Positions 29,801-36,668 of a stretch of DNA of 42,938 nt are shown in pieces. Under the pieces are notes generated by a model that was not told where the DNA came from, did no database searches, and saw only the letters and a program-made list of their open reading frames with translations. Origin of the DNA: an uncultured Planctomycetia bacterium. Lineage in GTDB: Bacteria > Omnitrophota > Gorgyraeia > 2-02-FULL-51-18. Each line of letters starts with the position of its first letter. Within the stretch, counting starts at the first letter, position 1. A program made the translations under genes and the position numbers. The DNA lies in assembly GCA_964497635.1 (NCBI GenBank), contig CAZCDB010000003.1:2582-45519 (forward strand), in the 5' to 3' direction.

Positions 29801-32800
29801 ACAGAAAATTGAATAAGCCAGGAGAGACCGGTCATTGGAAAAACCGCCTTCTTGTCAGTGCGGAGATGCTAGACGCGGTTTTGGATGGGAAAACAGAGGT
29901 CGGTGGTGAGCCCATCTCCGAAGACGTCAGGACTGCCGTGAATGATCTGCGCGAGTTGACTGCCGAAAGAGAAGCAAGCTCTCAACGCGAGCTTTCAGAA
30001 AAAATAGAAAGGACCCTTATCCGTCATAGTCCGGATATGGACAACCACCGCATTGAAGTTGAGCAATTTCGTGATGGGTCCAACACCCAGATAGAACCCT
30101 TTTTAATCGAGAGCTATGTTTCAAGCACAGCGGAAAATGTATCAGTCAAAATACGTTATCGGGACAACGCGGGACAGATCCAGGAAAATGAATTTTCGAT
30201 GGTCCAAGACACCCAAGCTTCCACTCCCGAGGGAATCTCAAGGTATTCGATCGCACTAAAAGCCGGCCAAGTAGGGGAGTTTGAGTTTCAGATAGAGGCG
30301 AAGGATGAAAGTGGAAGCACCATTTCTTCTGAAAAAGGTTATTTATATGCGGTAGCCCATAAAGAGGGTCTCAACCCCACTTCAGGGGATTATTTCATGA
30401 AAAAGAGAGAGTATTCTTCCTTGAGTGTGGCCGCGGCACGGTTGGCGGAGAAATCCACCAGTCTTTATCAGCGAGTGGCTGAAGCCCTCCGTCTTGAGGG
30501 AATTCATCGTATTATCAATCACCCTGGCACTACTCACACCACCGATGTTTTAAATCAAGTTTTTCGGGAAAGAGAAAATCTTGTTTGGAGTAAGCTGTTA
30601 ACCTTTTTAGAACAACAACGCCTAGAAAAAGGAGCGGATGGAATTTATTTTTCACCCTATTTTTCAGTGCGGACGCTTCGAGAAGTCCTGAAAGAGAATG
30701 CTACTAATCCATCGGGAGTTTCTTTTCATCGAGGAACAGCTGGCACGACCCTTGATTTCAAGCTTTCCGCAAGGAATCCTAGAGAAATCGTCTATCTTGG
30801 GCTAGAGGCCGCAGAAAGTGCCGGAATTGAGATGAACGTCAATAGAGCTAGTGCTCTTAGGGTCAAAATCCGGGAAGGGACATCCCTCATGGCTGTTTAT
30901 GAGCCCGGTGAAAATCAGCTCGTGCTGGCAAGGCGTTTGGATGATCTTCTGAGATCCAACAAAAAAGAGGAGCGTGAGCGGGCGTTGCAGATTGCCAAGC
31001 GGGACATCTTGCTTGGGTTTGCCAGAGAGTTTACACGACAAAACAAATATGGGGCCGCCAGAGATCTTGTGGAACATAATATTTCGTATCCACCGCAGGA
31101 TGATCCAGTGGTTTATGAGCGTCTATCAAAGCAGTTTATGGAAGACATTGTCACGGGGGACGATTCTTTAATTTTTGTTACTTTTTTAAGAGCATTGATT
31201 CAATTAAGTCAGCAGTTTGCTCTTTTGAGACCCGCCATTTCTTGGTTTCAAAACTGGGTTTTTCAGCGTCTGACAAGTAATGCCATCACTGCTTCGGATC
31301 TAAAAAGGGCGGCTGATCATCTTGCAATATCTCTTGAAGATTACCCCTACGGATATATCGCGCTGCGAGGGCTTGCAGGATACATTCGTGATGGGTATGT
31401 TTCTGGCCAGCCGGATCTAGATATGGAAAGGGTATGGGCGCCTTGGGATCTTCTAGCTACTTTCGAGGAAGTTTATCGCTCAAGTCAAAAACGGAGCGCG
31501 AAGGTGGAATATTGGTTGCATCGAGTGAAATCATCATGGCAAGCTCGCTGGAAAAAACACCTAGAAACTTTACACTATGATCAGTTTTATGGGGTGGATG
31601 TCCAAAAACAGAATGGTCTAGAAGCTTTGTCGCCTAAAGCGACGCCGCTGGGCGTGGAATTTAATCTATCCAATCATCATCTGGAAAAGACGATTGATCA
31701 AGAAGTCAACCGTTTAAAAGCTAACGGTCATGAGGATTTAGACAAGCTGAGTCGTATCTTGGGAAGTAAAAAAGATACGAGATCAATCGTCAAGGCATTG
31801 GTCAGATCTGCCCGTAAACAGCCTGAGACGGTTTCTATTGCTGGAAATTTTCTCGAAAATAAACCCTTTGGAATGTCTCATATTCATGTGGGTCCACACT
31901 CACGAATGGTAGGGGACTTGGAGCAGGGCTGGAAAACCCGGCGCCAGGGTGTTTATTCAAAGGGTGAAGGCTGGATTTGGACGGTTGCTTTTGAAGTGCC
32001 CCCCTCTGCTTTTAAGGAACCCAAACATATCCAATACAAATATGTCATCCATTTAACCCGCGGAGAAGAAACTTATGATTTTTGGCTTCCAGATCCCTCA
32101 GTACAAGAACACACCACGGATGGGTATCACAGTTCAGTGATTAAAGTGAGTCCTAAAAAAGAGGAGATCAAGCGTATGACGCGCAGAGATCCCAGCCCCG
32201 GTGTTGTTTCTCTACAGCTAAATCTCGCTCTTGAGGCACCCTCGCCCAAAAGTTTAGCCCAGACGAAATTTAAAAATCCGGTGCAATGGCTTACCGCTAA
32301 CCTGCAATCTCCAAGATTTAGTCGGTATAGACGTATTCAGCTGGCCACAACGCTGACACTGGGGACTGCTCCATGGCTTTCGGGTTATGCACCAGCGGCC
32401 TATACTTCGGATCTAGGACAGTCGGAGGATTTTCGGGCTCTTGAAAAACGGGCAAGGGAGCTGGGTGTCGAGTTGGTTTATGATTTTGTTGCTGGCCACA
32501 CAGATCCTTATCGTCATCCGTTACCTCTATCCTCTTATTCTTACGCGGATCTTGGTGGGGGGATCGCCGGGACCCTCAGTATTTGGTCACATCATATTGA
32601 TGATCAAAACCCTCAGTCAGTAGCGCAGCTATTATGGTGGCTTAAGGCGGTCGGTATTCCCTCGACGAGGGCGGATGTTGGTGGAAGTATTTCTCAGTGG
32701 CTTCACTTGGAAAGGCGCCGGCAGGAGCCTGATGCCACCGCCATTGTGGAATGGGGTGACACGGCTGTTCAGGACCCATTTACTGAGCTTTACTTTAAGG

Positions 32801-35800
32801 ATATTTTTGAAGCTCTTGAAAGAACGAGTGCATCTGTACCATTCAATCAAATGTTACAACTTCTAGAGGATAAGCTCGCAGGCCTTGATGCCGACAAGCG
32901 GCTTTTGATGATTTGGAATAATCATGACGAGAGTCAATATCAGGGGGGGGTGGGTGCTTTTGTAAAAGGGCTAGACAAAGGCACTGCGGAGAAAAAACTC
33001 ATGGCTTTGTATACAGCTTACATAATTCTTCACTTGACCCATCTAAACCGGACAAGCGTCTTGGAATATTCTCCGGACCGGTTTGGATTTACAGGTCATG
33101 ATGTTTTTATGTTTGGTGAATATGGAAGGCGAGAAAGACCTAAGTGGAAAAAGAATAGAAATATTGATTTTATACGCTTACACAACAAGTTATTGGCGGT
33201 GGCAAACGCTGTGGCCCAAGAGAAAACACCGGCGGAAAGAGTCGGGACCAATAATTCCTACGTGGGCGCCGCGATCACGACAATCAACGACAAACGACAA
33301 CTTATTTTAACTAACGTTTCCGGAAGCCATCAGAGGGGAAATATATGGATCGATGGAAAGGCTTCCGACTTCGATCTTCCGGCTTATGGGGTGTCTATTC
33401 AGGATTTGCGGAGTTTGACGGCTGCACGGCTGGCCTACAAGGATGAAGTGAGAGCCTACGCTGATCAGGCGGACAATGTCGTGAGTGACCTTTTACAAAA
33501 AGCACCTGATCTGGCAGTGATCCAAAACCATGTCACAAGACTTGTTTATCCTGCCGCCGGAAACGACGTGAAGACCGTGGTTTCTTTGATGAAGGTTTTC
33601 CCCAAGGTCAACCATCTATATGTCATCGATACAGCCTATCAAGGCCCGCCGGCTATGAATGGCCGGACATGGAAAGACTATTGGGAAGAGCGGATAAGGG
33701 AAGCCGCCAGGGAAAATGGAGTCACTCCCGATCCAAATCTTGTTGTATCTGTTATCAGCCGGGATTATCACTTTCTTAATCACCGGGATATTCCTGTGCT
33801 TCCCGCAGGTCAGCATACGGTCGTGATCGAAAGCAGATGGCCTCATGGCATTCATTTTATGGAGCAAATTTTCAAACAGAATCGCGAGGGTGACGTGGTG
33901 ATCGCCTTTAAGCCGCCGCATACGGTTCGCGAATATTTAAACCCGCAAAGCCTGGCTCCCGATTCTGTTCAGGGTCTCAGTTTGCCTTATTTGTATGAAT
34001 CGAGAAGATATTGGATCGCGACCACCCTCCGGTCGATTTCGGAAAAATCAGCCCAGCTTCAAAGAGCCGCTGCCCGCCTCGCCAAGTCCTCGCTGCTGGA
34101 TCAAAAAGTGAGCCAGATGATTGCGGGGATTCGCGGGATGGATGGACATCTTTTGGAGCTGACGCAAATCGTCCAAAAAGAAATGAAGGCGGGTCTTAAA
34201 GGGAAAAAAAGTTCCCTACCCATGATTCCTAGCTCGGTCCCGGTGCCGGATCTTGCGGCGCTTGTCGGCCAACGTGTGGTGTACGCAGATCTGGGAGGAT
34301 CGACGATTCACATTGGAGCGATCGAGATAGGTAACGGTGGCAATATCAAAGTATTGTGGCATGAGGATATTAAGCTTGGCGACAACATCTCCATCGGTGG
34401 GCGAAAACTTTTTGATTATATTGCCCAAGAAATTGCCACTTCCATCAAGCGACATCAAAAACAAGGCTCAAAAGATATCACCAAGATGAGCTTTACTTTT
34501 TCATTTTCTCACCAAGACGGGAAAATTTTACCGGAAGCCCACGGAACCAAAGGATTTGATTTTAAAAATGTCGTGGGAAGAAATGTCAAAAATCTAGTCA
34601 ATCGGCGACTCAAAAAATTGGGCGTCGGCGGACTCCGTGTCGTCGTCGTGGCCAACGACACGGAAGGAGCCATGATCCTCGGAAATCTGACTCTTCCCCG
34701 GGTTATTTTTTCAGTCATCGCGGGGACAGGGTTTAATACGGCGGTGTGGATTGATGGAACACTGTACAACATGGAATCCGGTGGTCTGGTAATTCCGAAA
34801 GAGTGGCTAACGCCTCATGATCTCCCGCTTGTCAAACGCGGTGCCGAGGAGCTGATCGCAGGAAAATTTTTAGGAGAGCAGTTGCGCGTGAGGCTTCTGG
34901 ACTTGGCAAAAAATGATAATCTTTTTTCAGGACGTATTTCAAAAAAATTAACGATTGAAGAAGGCATTTCTTCTAAAAACGTTTCTAGGATTTACCTTGC
35001 TCGGAGTGATAAAAAAGTTCAGAGTATTTTGTACGGACTGGGAATCCGACAGGTAAGTCCGAGAGATATTCAAGCAGTCCGGCAAATCGCCGCCGCTTTA
35101 TTTGAGCGCTCTTACAAAGTCAACGCCGCCATCATCGCCGGCGGCTTTTCGTTGGAGCCTATAAAAACTAAATCTCCACAAATCGCCGCGGACGGAGCGC
35201 TCTGGAATATCCCAGCCTATCTTCAGGGCGCTCAGCGACAGCTTCGCAGTCTTGCGCAAAAACTAGATATAAGCGGAGAACCAAAGATTCATCAAGTCCA
35301 AAACGCCTCCGGTGTCGGCGTGGGCGCAATCGCGGCAGTGGTGACCCAAGCCCCGACGGGAGCGCGGTTGGCGACTTCACCGGCGACTCCCATCACTTAT
35401 GGAAGAGATCTCGCCTCTATTTTGGCCAATCAACTAGGGGAGCCTAAATTTTTTCCCTTGGCCAGATTGGGAAGTAATTCTCAAATTCACGTCGAAGTCG
35501 TTTTTAAGATATCCGATGCTGAATCCAAAAGACTGAGTCTTACATTAATGAATGGAGCGACTGTAAATCATCCAGATCCTTCTAAAAACGCACGGGATTT
35601 TTTCACAAGAAAATTGGATATTTCCGAAAGTGATTTTGATCAACTCGAATTTATCCTGACGGTTGATCGAGTCAGTCAAATACTTACCATCGAGCCGAAA
35701 GAGCCCAAAAAAATTGGGGCGAGGTTGGCTCTTCGGCGCGGCCTTTCAGGCTTTGCTCAGGACTTCTCGGAAGGACAGCTTAACGCATTGAAGGTTTTCA

Positions 35801-36648
35801 TCTGGGAGGCGGCTAAAGCTAAAGAATTTCACGGCGAGTTTCCCGTGGAAGTGGATCCTAATACCGATGCGGCGTTGCTTCGTGTGACCAAAAATTCTTC
35901 GGGAGTGGCCGAGCTTTGGGTGCGGGGTGGGACAGAACCTCTTTTGACTGTTTCGCGGCAGGAATATTTGGGTTTGAAACATCAATTAAAATCTTCCGTG
36001 AGCTTTAGTGGTTTGAAAGACCTTGCGGCCGGTGTTAACGCGCAGGTAGATTTCTTTTTGAATCAAGTGGATCCTCATATCGATCACGATAAGCCCGTTG
36101 CCCTTGAGCTTGATACCAAATATTTGGACTCCGTTTCTGAGAGTTATCTAGAGGCATTCATTCTTCATCTGGAAACAGAAGCCGAAAAAGTATATGGAAA
36201 AAATGTTTATTTTCTGCCGATAGGCAAGAGCGCTTCCCAGTGGATTCAAAGAGCGCCTAAAATATTTTCTACAGAGCCTCCTCAAGGTTTGTCCGAAATC
36301 CGCCGCGTGAAAGTTGTGCCGCCCGCTCAAGCCAATGACTTGTCCAAGCGTGATCTACCCCTATTACCTCTTGGAGAGGGTGATCTACCGCTGTTTAGTT
36401 TCATCCGCCTGGCCATCTATGAAGGCCGTCTACCAGATATTACGAATCGTCCTGAGGCATTTGACAACGCCTATGCGACACTGGCCGGAGGCCATCCGGA
36501 ATCAAGTATTTTAACCTTAATCCTTTCAGGTAAAGCAGATGCCGAGACAGCCGCTCAACACGCTGTCCGTGCCCTCCTGCGCGTAGATGTCAATCTAGCC
36601 ATTCGTTTCGTTGACCATATGAGGCGTATGCTCGCCCAATCCGCTTAA
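20887..36648 (+). CDS. Giant modular polyprotein-like protein (5253 aa) with [A/G]ARLA-delimited cargo domains
   Basis: Uninterrupted 15.8-kb ORF with recognisable PAS, GH77, GH13, methyltransferase-like and hexokinase domains, separated by 11 exact [A/G]ARLA motifs. Confidence 0.95.
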   Translation: MFNFFSLIVRYTPSKRFYLKLISLGLVFTFLGQELLMAAPDGFGVRLAAPFDNFQLPDSVALIREKFSAPGADRSIVLIQDAHTNESAQLNIAKAIDHILVKEQKIKHVFLEAGTGNDSLSYLRRFSSIEKREKVARSFLRRGLIQGPDYLDLTSDKAFSLWGVENKKLYWEGLALYRDLKKDRELLVAGVDRLKRAKKTLATRLWSPALQKMDSGRESFLRGELGAADYFDALVMEARKLGVPLEVFPHLSKLTALKNQEKEIDFKKASFEEAALVASLPESERTSLLAVAAKLRQKDAQNHREVQDAFYSLLKEKIKNPLFYVHLSKYIEYLVNSRGFDAEVVLKEREDLEKIVFGQLAGSRDSRRLLEAARAVEILERLWQLEISKEDFEAIQKNPGAHSFLNLAGFFNLKLIELGSHTEDTVLWDEKFGTDYDKAIKFYSLTLERDEAFVENMLKKMDRAGEKKAILVTGGFHTEHLKDLLRARGISYAVVIPRILQETNKEKYESLLLGQIKKNSSKIKNSAKADAWAIIPPAENRQIRIQLSEGVGRGLAAARLASAKLGGKHRVSYDETLKKDKLGKKLREIFDRSRVKQKFFLEQIDLALSVKGHSDVRIGSITSLHTNFFGGMASYKTLERVVSVAERINWSQLSKKIEGSERPVRRPTVAESIESLTAVQKRELIEKRKQSPNGQLLIKEVAHVLGVTSRALGIFFKKNPSVHKAFLEANPIAARLAQQFKLDINPGKSFWFHDRRSGKVFQVRLESIDTIHRQIQLQVSENDKPIDDWGGIEAKTYESETSHKIFPGVDDISIVFGDTLTNSRVGLFFPHFPFTVNLRRRNTEDQPASITAFMAETRRQQVLDAWEKYLKGVEDYYLSDSPPAANEVSTALEKWINNSFRSPDAAVEPDPEAIVSSMRQALTERTRLSRENIDNEIQDARLIMIEITKPISEKEIAVSSVGRSEGRFELVNGVLGQQKLALRAALKAYFESRGLPTEDADAVANTLVRMTPDGIKLLIRWGILSGIPDEQSLENENLFNKIKPLITVYDQKYPDKKELLLKYLLPESILELMAQHGLDRERFFRILKLHPSPIIVLLRLIDEHPRVDLGVIEKKVIQLRPKTPISEQNLWRIIALVGTEEAAAWILKKTKDVSALSTSISLDRAWDKVIREEELQGARLADASTPAISQLHPTIGDIGLFADRFPIFSRDKHGLIKSVQRLAMLLRSWIREATEYLEHGTLYYYMIEGVPHYKVTGLGRDQIVQYLHYFSGLVEDWVKKGIVDSTEASILSVQVMDLFSSLLKGNFDSTQSHVADEEARAVIRVAENLLRFPISRIGWDKEFDKTPFWLEGLLKGFPENAAFYLGLPILPAQENAERLSSDYAQFEDSDHPVFITSYESPGELKSQRIVYVNPAFLKMVGGEKKDWIGKNYFEKNQRELAEKYTRDDKNAMNMGPGQFFHETETNRSGQNRQKPVTVETVKLPFYNYRGKWVGVLAMFDVIQGEQSSYEMNPSLQRTLIRVLRQQQQLGVGRQPRLARLGILEPINKPAIGVGVLAFLAALTVSSLIPALLIGFLSALAMVGIQSAVLLNEVKDTTLEFVLRNQILYQRQTRIANTDIQQHFAARVKSALDFLLNLTPPTLETRLLGKLSAPSMGWKNFPEFLSENRAAVERAVVRRGLRHLKAAATAPSYDGARLAMADKLKNELLEEVSDINRTEYFELEGYHILLSFGNKGKINGIAVGREDQESIHAMEEDEGRGRVAEVTSLAGGVLITTYTDQKKTEVAERWHVGMVTIEGQPRYRIATMELQGEALLAGRGVAFDDWRVDEEGNPAARLAATVKDIPLSTRGSGREKQLFLEAMVRHSDRVVVSDPKSLYTVSKFGDEKAPKDPNNSKDLSNSELASFLRAKANLEEIFKTIPELFPEAQYPGLSEEIRQSMAVVAVMTDTYLLAPISLSPSYRWGRWRNSRSRPILYASFKDLSSIRSQRDRIGHQTSQDIILAAYAVVHGWYWYKTYKQNQSIPADKLSELLANFEKQWDLKEEPYLSFRYKAKTAWHLFWDRFALARHRRERRKDFEFYREHLNIHDETVRQILVDAGQTGPVIDRTTTESEETRSHRNAFTPVFERLRNFAEEAMALGDFEQALLIAKEAKRFLLHINIVDSGQLPIEVFIRYLKLLFRTGHYQEFLKSIQEFKDGFISIDEQRIQVPSQEKGWFTKLLQIFEPWFEGIVLRSLQIMKDSPDKQNLNQFADLARWHLREIKSEVQRLDATAARLAEAPAISMFEDFPDTKDFVSPIEYGKKVSGTFMPFHHMRHLRDWGIGNFESAIKMAGVFKKLGLKIMQILPLIWSDAFNSPYSEASSRAIDLRYISVPMLVDQLTQEFGEKIEFSKYKEFLAKNKSQIEAVRTGDVINHEEVIRLNKEALEAIWENLSHSPEFENSKTFEAFKTFKSENDDWLEDHMLYLLLKEENMARDPYNGWDWRTWVDASGNEAESLKIRQRDPAKIDALKKDPRYSSRIALYSYIQFVAYSQYDKFVAEAKKQGVDVAVDVPFARGGADIWMNPEIFGLRKENGYQRPFTHGSLPEETYNIGQYWQFFAYDWKQPGTLKYMLKLFEHYQKMAPYIRIDHALGFYMPYLFMEDGKGEFTLQKLGIFEDVSRIVQAAKAEIARNVSRTDEIKERAAREVTTIFIRALKNSEQVKANPLVERLVNLAYPNDTEALSEYAMMYVAREAKKTNEEYETLGDPWVRVNDVVEAKVFDEGDKRRPVWNYIRLTKHEFGKKDPNDRNPNEKERRDYKNGMIEYLFGSEEPKPEDNLRVASYDKGPGEEFLSPLLKLARQKGTTVISEALARFIPDGLEKPHLSAYDYVCSMWGKEKEGADKNIHNPRAHQPYAFRTYSLHDTKALRGDWKEATKEKKTQILNDLGISPTEENLSELTPQVHKALLKLSFDSDSLMVVIGWLDILGYDDDRKLNKPGETGHWKNRLLVSAEMLDAVLDGKTEVGGEPISEDVRTAVNDLRELTAEREASSQRELSEKIERTLIRHSPDMDNHRIEVEQFRDGSNTQIEPFLIESYVSSTAENVSVKIRYRDNAGQIQENEFSMVQDTQASTPEGISRYSIALKAGQVGEFEFQIEAKDESGSTISSEKGYLYAVAHKEGLNPTSGDYFMKKREYSSLSVAAARLAEKSTSLYQRVAEALRLEGIHRIINHPGTTHTTDVLNQVFRERENLVWSKLLTFLEQQRLEKGADGIYFSPYFSVRTLREVLKENATNPSGVSFHRGTAGTTLDFKLSARNPREIVYLGLEAAESAGIEMNVNRASALRVKIREGTSLMAVYEPGENQLVLARRLDDLLRSNKKEERERALQIAKRDILLGFAREFTRQNKYGAARDLVEHNISYPPQDDPVVYERLSKQFMEDIVTGDDSLIFVTFLRALIQLSQQFALLRPAISWFQNWVFQRLTSNAITASDLKRAADHLAISLEDYPYGYIALRGLAGYIRDGYVSGQPDLDMERVWAPWDLLATFEEVYRSSQKRSAKVEYWLHRVKSSWQARWKKHLETLHYDQFYGVDVQKQNGLEALSPKATPLGVEFNLSNHHLEKTIDQEVNRLKANGHEDLDKLSRILGSKKDTRSIVKALVRSARKQPETVSIAGNFLENKPFGMSHIHVGPHSRMVGDLEQGWKTRRQGVYSKGEGWIWTVAFEVPPSAFKEPKHIQYKYVIHLTRGEETYDFWLPDPSVQEHTTDGYHSSVIKVSPKKEEIKRMTRRDPSPGVVSLQLNLALEAPSPKSLAQTKFKNPVQWLTANLQSPRFSRYRRIQLATTLTLGTAPWLSGYAPAAYTSDLGQSEDFRALEKRARELGVELVYDFVAGHTDPYRHPLPLSSYSYADLGGGIAGTLSIWSHHIDDQNPQSVAQLLWWLKAVGIPSTRADVGGSISQWLHLERRRQEPDATAIVEWGDTAVQDPFTELYFKDIFEALERTSASVPFNQMLQLLEDKLAGLDADKRLLMIWNNHDESQYQGGVGAFVKGLDKGTAEKKLMALYTAYIILHLTHLNRTSVLEYSPDRFGFTGHDVFMFGEYGRRERPKWKKNRNIDFIRLHNKLLAVANAVAQEKTPAERVGTNNSYVGAAITTINDKRQLILTNVSGSHQRGNIWIDGKASDFDLPAYGVSIQDLRSLTAARLAYKDEVRAYADQADNVVSDLLQKAPDLAVIQNHVTRLVYPAAGNDVKTVVSLMKVFPKVNHLYVIDTAYQGPPAMNGRTWKDYWEERIREAARENGVTPDPNLVVSVISRDYHFLNHRDIPVLPAGQHTVVIESRWPHGIHFMEQIFKQNREGDVVIAFKPPHTVREYLNPQSLAPDSVQGLSLPYLYESRRYWIATTLRSISEKSAQLQRAAARLAKSSLLDQKVSQMIAGIRGMDGHLLELTQIVQKEMKAGLKGKKSSLPMIPSSVPVPDLAALVGQRVVYADLGGSTIHIGAIEIGNGGNIKVLWHEDIKLGDNISIGGRKLFDYIAQEIATSIKRHQKQGSKDITKMSFTFSFSHQDGKILPEAHGTKGFDFKNVVGRNVKNLVNRRLKKLGVGGLRVVVVANDTEGAMILGNLTLPRVIFSVIAGTGFNTAVWIDGTLYNMESGGLVIPKEWLTPHDLPLVKRGAEELIAGKFLGEQLRVRLLDLAKNDNLFSGRISKKLTIEEGISSKNVSRIYLARSDKKVQSILYGLGIRQVSPRDIQAVRQIAAALFERSYKVNAAIIAGGFSLEPIKTKSPQIAADGALWNIPAYLQGAQRQLRSLAQKLDISGEPKIHQVQNASGVGVGAIAAVVTQAPTGARLATSPATPITYGRDLASILANQLGEPKFFPLARLGSNSQIHVEVVFKISDAESKRLSLTLMNGATVNHPDPSKNARDFFTRKLDISESDFDQLEFILTVDRVSQILTIEPKEPKKIGARLALRRGLSGFAQDFSEGQLNALKVFIWEAAKAKEFHGEFPVEVDPNTDAALLRVTKNSSGVAELWVRGGTEPLLTVSRQEYLGLKHQLKSSVSFSGLKDLAAGVNAQVDFFLNQVDPHIDHDKPVALELDTKYLDSVSESYLEAFILHLETEAEKVYGKNVYFLPIGKSASQWIQRAPKIFSTEPPQGLSEIRRVKVVPPAQANDLSKRDLPLLPLGEGDLPLFSFIRLAIYEGRLPDITNRPEAFDNAYATLAGGHPESSILTLILSGKADAETAAQHAVRALLRVDVNLAIRFVDHMRRMLAQSA
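21100..22400 (+). other. Giant protein N-terminal domain, TraB/TIKI/EreA-ChaN-like with helical insertion
   Basis: IVLIQDAH (H83), VFLEAG (E112), LWGVE, ERDEAFVENML (R449), AILVTGGFH (H477); the order matches the H...E...R-D/N...GxxH pattern of that superfamily. Recognised by eye only. Confidence 0.55.
25051..25392 (+). other. PAS domain within the giant protein, followed by a hydrophobic hairpin (25531-25656)
   Basis: HPVFIT...RIVYVNPAFLKMVG...DWIGKN...YTRDD...VETVKLPFYNYRGKWVGVLAMF. Confidence 0.8.
27718..30432 (+). other. GH77 4-alpha-glucanotransferase (MalQ-like) module plus C-terminal beta-sandwich-like region
   Basis: WGIGNF, MQILPL, SPYS, WLEDHMLY, GADIW, GQYW, IRIDHALGF (D2629), ISEAL (E2850), SLHDT (D2904), LNKPG...HWKNR. 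Confidence 0.9.
31860..33420 (+). other. CBM-like domain plus GH13 alpha-amylase-family domain
   Basis: WIWTV...QYKYVI...WLPDP; LGQSEDFRALEKRARELGVELVYDFVAGHT (region I), TRADVG (D3930), IVEWG (E3955), WNNHDE (D4014); C-terminal beta domain LILTNVSG...FDLPAYGVSI. Confidence 0.8.
33436..34068 (+). other. Class I SAM-dependent methyltransferase-like module
   Basis: RLVYPAAGND (motif I-like) followed by HLYVID (acidic residue at the end of strand 2); 211-aa module. Confidence 0.45.
34084..35358 (+). other. Hexokinase module (Hexokinase_1/2 type)
   Basis: SSLPMIPSSV, YADLGGST, LFDYIA, SFTFSF, TKGFD..NVVGRNV, VANDT, IAGTGFN, YNMESG, EELIAGKFLGE, AADGAL. Confidence 0.92.
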
Positions 36649-36651
36649 TTT

Positions 36652-36660
36652 TGATATAAT
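36652..36660 (+). promoter_or_regulatory. Extended -10 promoter (TGA-TATAAT), probable leaderless ilvD transcript
   Basis: Perfect TGnTATAAT 8 nt before ATG 36669, no Shine-Dalgarno. Confidence 0.7.
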
Positions 36661-36668
36661 CCCCAGCT

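Larger units (their letters stand above)
22555..35730 (+). repeat. Dispersed 15-bp / 5-aa linker repeat [A/G]ARLA, 11 copies
   Basis: Copies start at 22555, 23083, 24415, 25966, 26386, 27703, 30433, 33421, 34069, 35359 and 35716 (aa 557, 733, 1177, 1694, 1834, 2273, 3183, 4179, 4395, 4825, 4944). Confidence 0.95.

Noticed and set aside
23701-35472. Degenerate motifs DARLI (23701), LARLG (25495) and LARLG (35458) as extra linkers
   Set aside because: Not counted because each has two mismatches. Only 25495 sits at a plausible boundary and it remains uncertain.
20887-36648. Giant ORF as NRPS/PKS, RTX adhesin, intein-containing protein or assembly chimera
   Set aside because: No adenylation, ketosynthase, GGxGxD or intein terminal motifs were seen. 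A chimera would be unlikely to keep 15.8 kb in frame with the same motif at each junction, though read mapping should confirm this.
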